From NCBI GenBank assembly GCA_002633005.1, contig NMRA01000554.1:218282-282281 (forward strand): 64,000 nt of DNA. The letters are read 5' to 3'. A program made the position numbers and the translations under genes. This stretch comes from Phoronis australis. Its lineage: Eukaryota; Animalia; Phoronida. This document shows, in pieces, positions 26,001 through 41,000 of the stretch. Each line of letters starts with the position of its first letter. The stretch's first letter is position 1. Below the pieces are notes generated by a model that saw only the letters and a program-made list of their open reading frames with translations, was not told where the DNA came from and searched no databases.

Positions 26001-29000
26001 AAGGTGGCAGCAGCGTTCAGCAAAGGAATATATGATGGGGCCGCTGAGATGCCTTCTGAATAGACCTAGATGATTGGATTCACAAACCTAAATGTGTTAC
26101 ACGCCACAACATGGTTTGCAGAATGTGACAACAAGGAAAGAAAGAATCTATGATTTGCAGTCACCAGAAACATAGGTGAATTTTTGACTACTGACAAGGA
26201 GGACACTGAAATATAATAGCAAAGCATTGCCCATTCTTATTGACATTTTGTTATCGTTTCTTGTAGAAACTGCCCTTCTCTCATAAAGAGTGTAACTGAA
26301 ATGATGATTTTCCTATCCTTATAAGATTACGTCTACAGACCAAAAATTTTAGAAAACTTTAAAACCATTCCCTCTCTCCGACCGGTGTACATTGTAAATG
26401 CTTCTGAATACTTTGATGGCTATGTATAATCTGATCTCTAAAACCAGACAAATGTAGAAAAAGACATGTAACTACTTATATCACTATTGTAAAAACTACA
26501 CTAGAATATAAATAAACAAATAACAGCTTAACAGAGACTCTCATCCACTGGACCTTTGATGAACTATTCTGTTTGTTCTACTTATAGTCAAAAACTCCTT
26601 ACCTAATCAGCTATTCTGTTTGGGTGGTCCATAAAAATATTTTTTACTAACTAACTGGCGCTCTATTTTATTTCTGGTAGTACAAATGAATCTGCTAACA
26701 ATATTACAGATGAATAATAGTGCAATTAACATTTAATGCCTGGTTTTGATCACCTTTCTAGCAGCCTCTATGTTGTTACTTTGTTCATGCAGCTTGGCTA
26801 ACAACAGCCACACTTCCCCCAATGAGGGGCTAGCCTTGAGCAACTTTCTGTAGATCTCAGCAGCCACATCAAACCTGTAAGTAATTAATACGCAAAAGGT
26901 TAGTCAAACAAAATACCCCAAACATATTCCAGCAGACATAAGGATAGACTCAGTTTTAAATCCTTCCGTGGGTAGGTTTTTTGTATTTGAGATGAATTGG
27001 GCAATCCAGATAGTCCCAGAAATAATTTAGCAACAGAAGAAAACACGATTTAATCACTCAGGCATAGGCTCATCAAATGATATGTGAAGTAGTCTTTACA
27101 TGACATATTGCATGAGGGTCAGAATAGAACACCACATAAGGATTCTCATGGTGATGATGAAAGTAAGTCAATAAACCTCACAATCTGTTACATTTGGCAA
27201 CTAATGACATTGGTGTACTCATGGCGAGGCTTAAAACATACCATAAGAACCAAACTCACGTGTGTTACTTTGAGTCAAGCAACTCAGAAGTCTCTTCAGT
27301 TGAAAATTGTAGTAATTCATTACAATACGGTATTACTCGACTCACCTTTTGCAAACTTGTATCTGAAAGAGCACCAAGTTGCTGTAGAGAGCCAGACAAG
27401 AGCGGGTGATGGCCTCTGCATCTTTATCCAACTGTGAGCAACTGTTCAATGCAGATTGGAAATGCTTGAGTATGGAGTCCACAGGTAGATGGCGCTTTTT
27501 GCCACTCGTCCAATCCAGAGTTACCTCTTCCTGCATACGACCACAATAAATAACGCTATGGCTATATTAAAAAGCCTAAGACTTTAATGCAATGATTATT
27601 TTTGGTTAAAAATAGAATTTACATCCTTTTACCACACTTTTATTCGATGACTTTATTTATATCAAATAACCGGTAAAATTGCTACTTTATTACTTAATGA
27701 TATATTACTGATTTCCTAAGACACAATGCATTGATAATCAATTCAAATGTCATTCCATGACATCTCTTCAATTTAGGACAGGTAAAACTTCATTTGTTAC
27801 ATTTTCCAACACAAAATATTCATTAGAAAATTTCACTTCCTTTCGAGCATACTTTGCCATCAAACGTTTCGATAAATAAAAACTTTTCAGTGATAAAAAC
27901 TTGAAAAACTAATGAACATTTAAAAAACGTCAATTTCAGTGAATATTTTTCTCCAAAAATGGAATTATCAGGGTAATCACAGACCTCCTTCACCAATCTA
28001 CAAAAACTCTGGCTGTCTTCAGACAGAATGCCGTCCGGTAAACAGTGGAACTCCAATAGACTAATGTAACACAACCAGGCTGTGCACTGGTCCTTGACAC
28101 AAAGGTTAGAGAACCAGTCAGACTTGAGAGACTTCTGAAATGGATCCAAGCAGGAACAGAGTAGTTGAGCTGTCAATTAGCAATAAACAATAACAGTGAC
28201 ACAACAAGGAACTGGGCATTAATTAACCATTCAAAGTTGCTGAATCCTGATTTTTTACCATTTTGATTGGTTTTGAATTTTTTGGAATTGCAACTACACA
28301 AGATTTTAGGAGTTATAATTTGCATAAGTTCGGATTTTTTCCATAAATATTTTGAGGTCATTGGCATTTGGGCAATGTTACAGACTTTCCAGGGGTCACA
28401 GATTACTAATTGGTAAATGTTCTGCAGTTATTGTAACAGTTACACTATGCAAGGACCCATGGCTTTGGATTTTTCATGCTGGGTCACAATTCGTTTCGAA
28501 GTATAACATACAAAAAGCCGTACTTATTTGGTTTTGAAGAATTGCTTAGCTAAATTTGGACCCAGCAACATCACAGGTGATAATGCTCTACATTACTAGC
28601 AAAACCATAAAAGAGTTCAGACTGAAAAACTTATAGCAAATAGTTATCTTTACATAGCAGCCTATCAAATCAGTGAGTGAGCATAGAATGAACCCTAAAA
28701 TCAACTAGATTCTGTATTAGGGAGACAGGTTCATTGTTTGGAGCACTTTTTAGAGGTTTAAGAAGTCGATTTCAGGGTTTGGAAGATCAATTGGAGAGTT
28801 CAAAATACAGATTTCATTGCTTGAGATGTACAATGTTTCACTTAAATAATAAGACTGAACATTCCAACAGAACACCAAAAAGTTACTTCAGTTTGAACTG
28901 TAATTACCTTAAGCATATCATTTACCTAGATTCATTTTCACATACACACCAGTGTCCAGTAGCCTAATGAGTATTGAAACATGAAAGACAGTCTAGATAA

Positions 29001-32000
29001 CAACTTGAACGTACCCCTAGATATTGCACTGCAGTTCTATATTGACCACCATGTACATTCAGCCACGCCTGAATAAGGATAGACTCCAGAAGTTGCTTTG
29101 ATTTCATGGCAGGGTCCAGAACTTCAGATAGCAAGGCACAGTTGATTAGTTGTTGACAAATGTCCGTCTTCTGTAGAAAGGTGGGTGCAGCAGAGAGGCA
29201 CTGAAATAAGGGAAGAAATAGATAAGTTAAGGCTGCTGGATGAATTAACTAGTCAATGACTTTGTTTATAGGAATGAATTTGCAAAATTTCGTGATCATG
29301 ATCTATTAAGAGGTTAAGGCAATAAACCTGTCAATGCCAGATGCCCACCCAGGCGCCCATACATACAGGAAGGTACATAAAAAAGTCTATTTCAGCAATT
29401 ATTATTGGCCCCGTCTTTACTTAAGTGTCAAATGCTACTCAGAACAGACAGCTGCTTATCACTGCAATTGGTGAGGAGGAGGTTGACAATTTGAAGAACT
29501 GCAATTTGTTACTTTGTGATCATATTAGTGTCATACACATATCTTGGCTAATGCATTTTCCAAAGAAATTTTTCACTCACTAAAGTGCTTCACTTAAAGG
29601 CAAGGCATAGCTGCCTCTGCCTCAGGTGCAGATGAAGACACTTTTTATTTGGAGTGTTTCTTCAACTTGGTCTTATTCAAGTTATTTTTGTCCTTTTAAA
29701 TACTGTGCATTTAATAGCTACAGTAAAACAGTCCAATTTATGAGGATACAATGCGACGGACAGGTGAAATGTTCCATAACAGGTGTGTAGCACCGAATTA
29801 ATCCTGTTTTGTTCTGCACTGTAGCTTTCATCAGACGATATTTTGAAAAATTGTAGATTATTACCACAATCTTAGAGGCCCTAGAAAATGAAAGAACGGA
29901 AATTTTGGAAATTATGTTTGCAGAAAATTGATGACATTTTACCCAAGTGTTTAACCAAACACATGTCAATGTCACTTAAAGTAAGTCTGTGACAGTCAAG
30001 TCTCACTAACACATTTTTCACTCAAATGTTACATGCAGGATATAGCATAGGTTGACATGCAAGCACATTAACCTAATAACACCCATATAGTTTGGTGTGC
30101 ACTACACATCTTTGGACAGTTATTGTTGAACAATAATAGTCACACAACATGCTTGTCATACTTATGTTGAGAAAATACCACAAGAAAACCTTATAGCTGA
30201 GGATTCATTAAAGTATGTCATGGGACTTGTAAGTATTTATTCATAAATTAACACTAGGCTGAAATGTGTGCAACATAACATCACAACTTTTTCATACTAG
30301 ATTCACCATAACATTCCGCAGTACGAGGAACTCCGATTACCAGATCTGTATTTCATTTTTGACAGTTAATGGCATTATTGAAAGGTCACCATACAACAAT
30401 CAGTTTTGATAAACCTTGGTGTATTTTAAAAAAGTCATCCGAGAAAGGGAGTGGCAAACCAAACTTGAAACTAAAACAAGATATTTGATTTCTACCACTT
30501 CACCAATCCCTTTCCTATTTACATGTATAAAACAAACTGTCCAATAAGCAACCCCCCTGCTTCACACCACCCATGCTCAGATAAATGAGCTCTTCAAACA
30601 ATACAGACTCTGTGTAACACTTGGTGTAGATTTCGGGCAATGTCCTTCTTGGAATGTCCAGAGGGAAAATAAAACCGAGCTTAATTTCTTAGATAACTTA
30701 ATCAAATTAGAAGACAGCAAGATGACAAACACTTAACCCAGGCTGAAAAAATAACAAAGCAAACTTCGTATGAAAAGCAATGGCGCATTACATTTTACAC
30801 CAATACATGCAAACTCTGTCAGTGTTAAAGCATCCCAGCAAAATTACAGACAAACATCTCTTTGCTTGAAACAAGTCAAAGTGGAATTGGACAAAATTGA
30901 AATATTGTAACTTAGAATTTGTGGCACAGAGGTTTGCCAACAGATGGTGCTGCTAGAGCCACACAGGCATGTTCTATTTTCTCAACATTTGCTTCAAAAT
31001 ATTTCCTTAATCGCCTCTCTGTTTGCAACTTTACAGCCACAACTAGTCTACTATAACAATAATACTACTATAATAATACTACTACTATAATCAACAGGTG
31101 ACTAAGAAGCCATACCCACATTACAGTAAAAATTCTTCAACTTGTGACAAAAATAAATACTAAAATTATAATTTTTCTAAAATTATAATTTTTCTATATG
31201 TTAAAGGCTCGCTACCTAATTGCAAACGTTCAAACTTTGCTAGATGGCAGCTTTGTGTACAAATCATGCTGACATAAGATTACCATCTTCAAAGTCTTTT
31301 TTGTCAAGAAATTTGACAAAATAAAGTTGGCTACCATAGTGTATCGTAACTGAAGAAACTTTCCTGTAATTAATCAAGTTAACTTCAGGCAATAACTACA
31401 CAGCAGTCAGAATTTTTGCCTAAAGAGCATGTTGTTTTAGCAGATGTAGACCTCTCAATCAGAAGCTCTGAGCAAGAAGAAAAGCAATTGACCTAGGAAT
31501 AATCAAGTAAGTGGCCAACAGCACAAGTGGATGAAGAGAGAATCATTAATATGACACAGTCTGAAGAGATAGAACAACAGCCAAGATGATATCTCACTGG
31601 GCACTTGGGAAAGGTTAATATGGTACTAGACACAAGTCTGGTAAATATGGATGGTAACTGGTGGGGCTCTCTCTGTGACAATGCTCCTGCTGTGCTAGGT
31701 CACAATGACAGTATGGGTTTTTCATCAATCAATCAATCAATCAATTTTATGCCTGTAATAAAGGCCAAAGGGCTAGGCCCACCCTACAAAAATAGTGCTT
31801 AATAGGTATTTAACAAGTTGTGACAAAGTTGAAAGATTGAGAAAACATATTACACAAAGGTTAACAAGTTGTTTGTTGACATCAGCTAAATGACTTTAAA
31901 TAATAAAGGTTGCTTACAATAATACACATCTTCCTGCATGCATGAATATGTATTGCAAGCCAAAAGAAAATGGCACTTGTCCTCAACAACAGGGCTGAAA

Positions 32001-35000
32001 AAGGGACACTCTGTGTGCACATGGTTAATATCAAAGTGTTGTCTAACTTCAATTAGCAGTTAGAAATTTGAACTACAAAGAGAAAGTGTGCCATGGACAA
32101 AATGTGTGGAGACTACATGACAATGCAGTCTGTTGCTTTAATGTACACCAGCATGCTACTACGGCTTGAACTCCCCAATTAGAGGACTAACAAATATACC
32201 CGGAATTCGTGTGAGTGCATGTTAAAAGAAAAAATGGGCCGCACGGTCATGTATTTAACAAATGGAGCGTAATAATAAAAATCACTAAATTTTACCAATA
32301 ATACAAATGGCATGACAGGGCCTGCTATTTTATGTGTCAAAACACCACAGAGCACTTCTGATGCCTTTGATTTTGCACATCAAAATCCATCAACATGTCC
32401 CCAACAAGAACGTCCCTTTGCCGAAATTCAAGTACATTCATGAATAATATCAGAAAAAACACAACAGGTCTAACAAAGCACCATGCAATCGTGTTTTACG
32501 TGTGTGAACAAGCAAACCTGGAACAATCTAAAATAACAGTTGACAAATTTCAACAAATAGGAAAGAACATCAAAAGGTTTAACTTTTAAAAATCTTGCTT
32601 AGAATAATTACTTTAAGTATCCCCACCTAGACCAAACAATGAAAATTTATGTGTAAATAAAACCAGTAAGGAATTTTAAGGTGTGTCCTTGAGAAATAAA
32701 TAACCAAAATGCTTCCCAACCCTGCTGGTCAGTATCAACTGTCCTAAGAATTGTAAACAACTGTGAACCTGTTTGCAAACTACTTCACACAGGACAAAAC
32801 AAACACATATAATTTGACTAGTATTAAAAGGTTAAGAGCTTGATTATGGTTGCCTAGCAACAGATTCTGTCTGTTAATTCTCATAATAACCCAACAAAAG
32901 ATTTTATGTTCAAACAAAATCACTCAAAATTGCTCATACTCAGTGTATGTAAATAATTCTTTATCTCATCGAATGACAAAGTTGTCAACATTGTTTCAAA
33001 AATGTTTTTGCAATTGTTTAGTCTTAATTTACCAGTAGATTTATTACACAGTGTCCCTGTATTCACAAAACAAACAGACCATCTCCTTTGATGATGCAAC
33101 CACACAACTAACTACAGGGTTAATTCATACCAAATGTTTTCCCAAATATGTGGTATTCATTCACACCATTTACACATTTTGCAAACAGTTGCCATGAGAG
33201 ACTTAAAATTTATTTCCCTTTTCATGCTCCGCCCCCAATTATCAGGCCAGCCAGTCAGTTAAGCCGTTAAACACACAGCTCACATGGCTTGGCCTAAGTC
33301 ACATGCTCTGTGGTTATATTGGTAATATACCAATAGTGCTCTACACACCTGTTTGGTTTCATACAGGATAACTTGCCTTATAAACCATGTTCCACAATAG
33401 TATGACAATGAGTAATAATCCTAAAAGGTTGAGTAAGGCTTGACACCAGGTTAGGGAGTGGGGGGCAACAGCTCGAAGTTACACAAGAGCTCAACCAACT
33501 GTAACAACACATGTGCTGCTTATGGTGGAGTAATCTTGTCACGCAGGTGAATCAAAGAGTAAAGGAAGGTTGGAAGTGGAAGACAAGAGTACAAGAAATA
33601 AAAAAGGTAATTATACATTGAATCATCCCATTTATACACAATAACTGGAACTAATTATAATTTGCCCTTTAATGACTTATAATGGGTAGTAAAAGGATTT
33701 TAATGAGAGTTTATTTATCTGCGGTCTCTTATTGTTTCCCATACAATATTGACTAATTCTTAAGCTGTTTTTACACGCGGAACAGTTGTCACGGTGCGAG
33801 TTGTCACAGGACGACTTGCTCCTCTTAAGTTGCATTTACATGACACAAGATTACAAACTGGATCAGCGCCATTCATTTACACAACGGACTGTCTGCACAT
33901 GCTCGCATAAATGATAGCGAATGTCCAAACCACGTGGAATACCAGCTGATCACTTATACGCCATTGCGCAAGCTCAATGAAAGATGGTCCCTTTCAGCTC
34001 TGCCCCAGATGTATAGACATGAAGTTGACACTGGAGCGACTGATTAGTGCAACTCTCTCTACTTCTCAAACCAGTGTCAAAATTGGCCGGTGTCAAAATT
34101 GGCCACTACGGTGTCAACTTTGCTCCGTGTCGTGTTTACACACACACTTGCTCCCGATCAGCTGTTCTGTGTTAGTTGCTCCATGACAGCTGTCTCAAGT
34201 GTAAATGCGACTTTAGAAAATTATAAAACCACTCCACACAAATAACATGCATTACTAATACAGAAACATAGGAGCATTGGATGTTCCTGGCATACAGACT
34301 AACTTAAAAACACCTGTGAACATCTAACAAGGATTGTTCTTGAAAAAATCAACACAACTTCACGAAGCATATCAAACTTATAGAGAATGCACCAGTGGAC
34401 GTCTGGTATAGTGATCAAGGTTCCATGTTTATTTCCTTGACTAGAGGCACACCTAATCACAAATCGTTAGGGGTGATTAATAACTGACAGGACAACATAA
34501 TCAATGTCTCAGTGTTCTTATGCAAGAGATCACTGAATCACAAGCACATTGAGCTTTACCTGCCTGCTTATTGTGCAATAAACATAGAAAGGTGGTGAAG
34601 AGTAGGCAAGTCAGCTGTGTTCAGACCTCAACCAACTAAGGTAAAAAGTTTTCAACTTGAGACACAATGAGGCAGACAGATGAAATTTCATTTTGCCAAA
34701 TTTTTAAACAAAAATAACATCAGGAAAATTTACTTTTATTTTAGCATGATTTCTACAGCGTAGCTATTACCAAACAACAAAATGTTCTAGCATTTGCATC
34801 ATTGTGGTAAGCAATTTCAGCAATTATTTTTGTCATAAATGGAAGAATTATTGCCTAAAACCTTGTTTTAACTGTTTCTGTAATTGTAACTGTTATATAA
34901 TCAATATCATTTACACGAATAGTAAAACTCTTTTAGTGGCTTATCAACAGTGCTATCGCATTCACCTCAATTGGCGCCTCGGTATGACATTGTTTCCAAC

Positions 35001-38000
35001 AGGAAATTCGACAGCAGTGCCACCTGCTGAGTTACAACATTTGAAAATGCCATGTTCACACCAAGTTAAAATGTTTGTAATCTATCACTAAACCACCTTT
35101 GCAGAAAGCTATAACTGCGCTACAGTTATAACATTTAAAACCAGTACTTAAGTGTTTGGACCGAAAATTATAGCCTTTAAAGTAGGTTTTATGTTATAGC
35201 CACTTGTGTGTGAACAAGGTAGAGGTTGGTTCCAACCTTAAAGGAGCATGCCACCCAAAAAACAACCTAATTTGTATCAATTTAGATCGAGTAGTTCTAC
35301 TCCACAACGACATGTACGATTGCGTTACCTGACACCTGACGGCAGACGGAGGTGTTGAAATTATCCAATGACGTCATAGGTTTCACACGCAGTTTGTTCA
35401 GCAGTTCACAACACGGGTTACTGATGTCAGCTTATCGCTTGAAGACATCGATTAACACCAATAAATCATCAAACTTCGATGTTAAATGCTTAAAAATACA
35501 CCGAGTTCCTATAAAAACGTGTTATTTTATTTCGCTCTTACGGATTTATTGGTATTTGGAAACACCGTAGCCTACAAAGTTCGGCAGGCCAATAAGGTCC
35601 CGTAGCAGGAGTTTGGGGTCTTTTCGGAGATAATTTCGAAGTATTTTCCATGAGATACAGAGGGAGAACCTAGATCTGTGTTGTTTAGACTTGTGATTTT
35701 TTTAGTTCTTAACATAAAACGCTTGTTATCCCGGCCAGTGGCTCGGAGCCCATTCAGGCCCGTTGTGGCCGGCCGGATTGACTCGTTATCCTGGCCAGTG
35801 GCTCGGAAACTGACCAGACATCACGAACATAAACCAGCCAGAGTTCAGTGGAAACTAAACTTCTAGTCAAAAAAATACCATACTAGCAAGCCAAAGTAAT
35901 GTGCACGTGGTTATGTTGACAAATTAGCCACAAAACTGCAAATCTACTTACTCGTCGGGGGCCGCGAATTCAGGTTCCGCTTTGGCCACAGCACCGCCGG
36001 TCAGGGCAGAAGTTGTACATTGACAATCATTATATGAGTAAGGTAAATGTAAATAAAGATTCCCCTAACACATGGCCGTGGGATGGAAATCGAGTTGTTT
36101 CACAACAGTTTCTGCCAGCAAACACTAAATTAGCATGAGCTCACACGGCCTCGGTGTCCCGTCAATTAGTTTTATTGCAGCTAAAGGCGGTAACGCAGTG
36201 TTTTATTCATTGCTGGCTTCTCAAAGCATTTGTACTCACGAATACTCCAAAGGCATTACAAATTGCATCTAATGAGACAAACTTTGTTTCAGTTTGGTTA
36301 GGGTGAGAATAATTCATTTTGAAACAGAACGCTCAGTAATAAACGCCACCATGGCATCTCGCAATCCCTGGGCAGACTTGGACGAGCTAGAGCTCATCAG
36401 TCCCGAATTCGCAGGTGGATCGTTAAGTTTTACACGCTGTCAATTCGAACAGGAATACAGTGATGAAAAAATACTAGAGAGGCGCCGTGAACAAGCTCAG
36501 ACACTGAACGCAACGTATGGAGTTATTTGGTAAGCCGGCATTCGTCAGGCACTGCCGACGTCTGCAGGCCACAGACACGGAGGTTTCACTGCCTCATACT
36601 TGCTAGTAACAGCCTACATTTCATTCTTCACTACCATGAGCCACTTCCTAAGCATTTCGGACTCTCGAGGAAGTAAAAAAAAATGATATACCCGCTTTCC
36701 TCGCAGCTGCTTAGTTCGGACAAGCGGGAACGATGCACCGCGACAACATAGCGGCATTCACTCTGCATGCATATGAACCATTGACATCACTAGCGTCGTT
36801 TCTCACCTTCCTCACAGATTAACGCGACACCTCTTGGCAAGGTAAGGTCGACCGTATGCGAGGCGATGTGGATATAGATCGATTAAGACGGCAAAAAAGA
36901 CTAATTAAATCTGGTGGCATTCTCCTTTAAGACTAATGTTACTGAGTCCTGGTGGTGTTTCTGTCAAGGTTATCAAGTAGGCCCTTATCTACAACTACAA
37001 GTGCGTGGAGTTAGCAAAATATGTACACAACTGTACAACTGAACTCAGTAAAAGTACATAATTATTTTCTCAAATGGAATCCCCAAAGAATTTGATGTTT
37101 GACTGCATACCAGTCTGCCACTAATTGGGTGACGTGACCATGTCTTCTTAGGGAAACTTTTACAACAACGAAGAGTAAGGTTACAGCAAAACAACGGTAT
37201 CCGCGAAATGAGGAAACAGTGCTTGACATAAATGTCCAGGATAAAATCTGAAAATGTTACAGTTTTCCACAATGACATTTGGTTTCGTTTCATGCAACTT
37301 TTTGAAGTTTTATCCATAAAAACAGTAAAATACCTGATACTTGGTAGACCCTCATGCAAAAGTGAAACATTTTAAAAACAATTCCTAGCAGCATTTTTAT
37401 CTGAAAGTTTCGTATGAATCCAACTGAACATTTCTGAGATATGATGTTCCAAACTTAGACAAATTTTGACATTTTCAAGTGTCCTACACAACTTTAAAAC
37501 AAGGCTTGCCAAAAATCATTTGAATGACACCTCTGCATGTTAACTTACGAAATCAGCTTGGCATCCATCCTTTCATTGTGGTGATTTTTTTTAAGTTGGT
37601 CACGATGTATTGATTTATGTATATTTATAGATTCAAAGACGGCTTGAGGCCAAGGGGTACTAGGCTGAAAAATAGGGGGTAATAGGCAAACATGTCGTAA
37701 CTGCCTGGTTCAGTTCAGCTGCCGCACACCAATTGATTCCTTAAAAAATAATACTTTAACTTCAGATTATATTCAACTGAGGTTTTTCTGGCAGACACTG
37801 ACCATACAAAGTTTTTTGGCACTCTATTTTATTCACTCCATCAAAATAAACAGTGTCGTAACCGTATTTATAAAATACAAGTCAACCATATACCCTCATT
37901 GACACACACAATCACAGATCATCAGCAGGAGATGTGGCAAATAACTTTTTCCAAATTTAACATTCTTGAACAATTTATCTAAATATACCAACTGGTGGTA

Positions 38001-41000
38001 TGAGCCTTTCTATACATTGCTTATAAGTATGGCACTTTGATTATATTAAAATCGAATTTATTATGACTGTTTGGCTGTTTGTCCAAGTCTTATAAGGTCC
38101 TTTCATATTGACTTAACTCCTGTCTGAGCGGAGCATTGACGTAAACAGTGCAGTTGACTGGACCGTTCATACGGGCTTCAGTAGTTAATGAACATCGAAG
38201 TAAACGGTGACGCTATCATCATCGAAGTTATCGCAAGGTAGCGCTGCACGCTAAGATTTTGTTCAATGTGACAATTTGGGAACATTTACATGTGCTAAAA
38301 GACATTAAACTTATTTTTAAATCGATTGGTGATAATTAGAGCAAAATATAAGCAGCTATTAGTGACGGCACTACCCTGTATCTATTGACGATAACAGTGA
38401 CACCTGGCGATAACTTCGATTGGACCGAAGTTAACTGTTCATACTACACCGCAGCGCCAACGCTGCGCTATTAAATCCACCTGTTAAACTGGGATGTTAA
38501 CTGGAGCTGTCAACTGCGATCCAGGACTAGAGTTAAGCGTTCATACTGACCGCAACTCCCCAAACCATCAACGCCTTGAGGTTAGTATGAAAGGCCCTAT
38601 GGTGGCACAAAGAAGTTGATGTCTGTGACTGATGTGATCAACATAAGATAAGAAACACCTGACTCACCAACAGATAACTGATAACCCATATTACACACTG
38701 TTCTATTGTTACCAGAGCAGTCTGGTAAAACACAGCTATCAGGAGCCTAGAAACAGAAAATGAGCCAACCATATTGAAATGGACCGAGGACCATTATGTG
38801 GAGTTTATGGTACCATTATTTAAGTTTTGTAGATAATTCAAGAACCAATGAAACCAACTATGTCCTAATTTTCACTGACATTGTTCATGTTGAAAAACCC
38901 TAAAAACCATAAAATGTCATTTGTGGCTATATAAGTAGACTTGTTGATTTATTTTTGGAAAATAGAGGCAATTGGGCGTGCACCAGCACTTAGAAGGGCC
39001 TGTTTGCGGATATCCCGGTACTGTACTTGTCAGAAATTAGTTTCTAGAAAATAACTCCATAACATCAAGTCTCACAGCACAAGCACTCACAAGTCCATAT
39101 TCTATTAGTTACCATGACAACATGGAGTCAATCTAAACTACATGACTATGCCTAGAAATTAAAATTACCTATGTCGACAATCAGCAGCTGATACCCCACG
39201 TAATTTTCTAATAATAGCAACACTAATTTTTTGCACAAAGATGTTGTCTGAGACCAAGTGCATTACCTTAGCTGTATGGAAATGACAGATATTTCAGATG
39301 CTTGTAAATTAAACAGAAAATTCGCTCTGGGAAACTACATGGCTGACAGTCTCCTGCTCATAAATGTAACAAAGTAAATTTTGTACAATCTTTTAGAATA
39401 TTACGTTTTATTACTGAGTAAAACATCTGTATTGTATTTGTGTTAGACCAACTATAAGAAGGTTCTGTTAACAACAAAAAATGCCTTACACTACATTCAC
39501 TTGCCATCAGATCAGAATGCAGATCGAATGTCTGATTATCAGCTGTATGAGAACCAATTTTATAGTGAACCCTGCTTTGTTATTGTCTACCCCAAATCAG
39601 AAAGCTGATCTGTTTTTGTATGGTCAATTAAACTTCCCAAGGTTTTACACCTCCAAATTATTATCAACCCTTTACCTTACCTCAACATATCAAGCTGCAT
39701 GTGAAGCCTGGCGTAAATGTAGATTCCCGTGCATCAGGTTGAATGCCAACGCCACTTCTCAAAGTGTTCTTTTTAAATGTCTGCGCTCGGTTTATTGCAC
39801 ACTCTCTAATTTTTGAGTTTACCAATTTAGAGGCCATGAAATAACTTGTCTTGTTAAGCAGAAAACTGTTAAGAAGAAAAAGCTCAGAGCTTTCGAACAT
39901 GACTTTCAAATAATTGACTTGAAACATTTCAAACATGGCAGGCACAGGACCGGATTTGAAGTCGAGTGGGGAGAAAAACCCAAAGAATTACTGAAATGCC
40001 CCTTTAATTCATCTTGGGCCCTAGAAAAAAGTCCAAATCTGACTAACTTCAGATGTTTATATATCAAAAATGGCTGATCGGATTCACACAAAACTTTCTG
40101 ATTCTATGGCTTATACACTGTTTTCCAAAACGATATTAGGAACTGTTCTTCAAAATACTCCACTTTTGCAGGAAGGACTATGAAAAAACAGGACATTTAC
40201 AATTTTGAGGAAAAAATGAATTTGTATAAAACAAAAACCAAATGATAATTTAGAAAACTGTAACAGCACTTTGAGATTTCATCTTGAACAAAGAGAAGTT
40301 AGGTCATGATACTGTCATTTTGTTATTAATGCACCATTGTTTTTTTGATAAATTTTACCAAAAACACACGGTGACATGACCCAATAGATAACAAACTGTT
40401 AAACATTCAAAATCACACTCAACAGAAATTCCATTTTCAGAAAAATATACCAAGTTAAAATCTTTAATTTGTAAACATTTGGCTTAATACACAGGCATGT
40501 TGATAAGGTGAAACATGGTCTTTCAAGAAGGGAAGGACACTGAAGTGAAGGGCCATTGTGAGCATTCAAGTCAAGCCTTCACTCACTGATACAACCTACT
40601 TATCCCGGATATTGAATGTCAACTATTGCAACTCATCGTATAATAAACATGAAAAGTTTGACTCATGGCAACTTCATTATTATAAGCCAAATTTCAAGTG
40701 AGTGGTAAACCTTTTCTGATCAGCAAGCCGACAATGTAATTTGAGATTATGCGAGTACAACAATACTACCTCACACGACACGTCAATAGCCCACAAAAAG
40801 ATGTCACTTGATGATACTTCTTTATACACTTTTGTAACAACGACTTTGAAAACCTTTAGTACAGTACTATGCTTAAAAAATCTGTAAAATGAGTGAGCAT
40901 AATGTGATAGAACTCTTACATACTTAACTGTTTATTTTTTGCATAGAAAAATGTTCTTCACAACCAGGGTACTTAGAATTTGAAAATAGGTAAGATACCA

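Noticed and set aside
28135-28176. Upstream acceptor (gacag at 28170) for a ZFC3H1 exon
   Set aside because: Wrong phase for the preceding exon; the acceptor at 28135 is in phase and fits homology.
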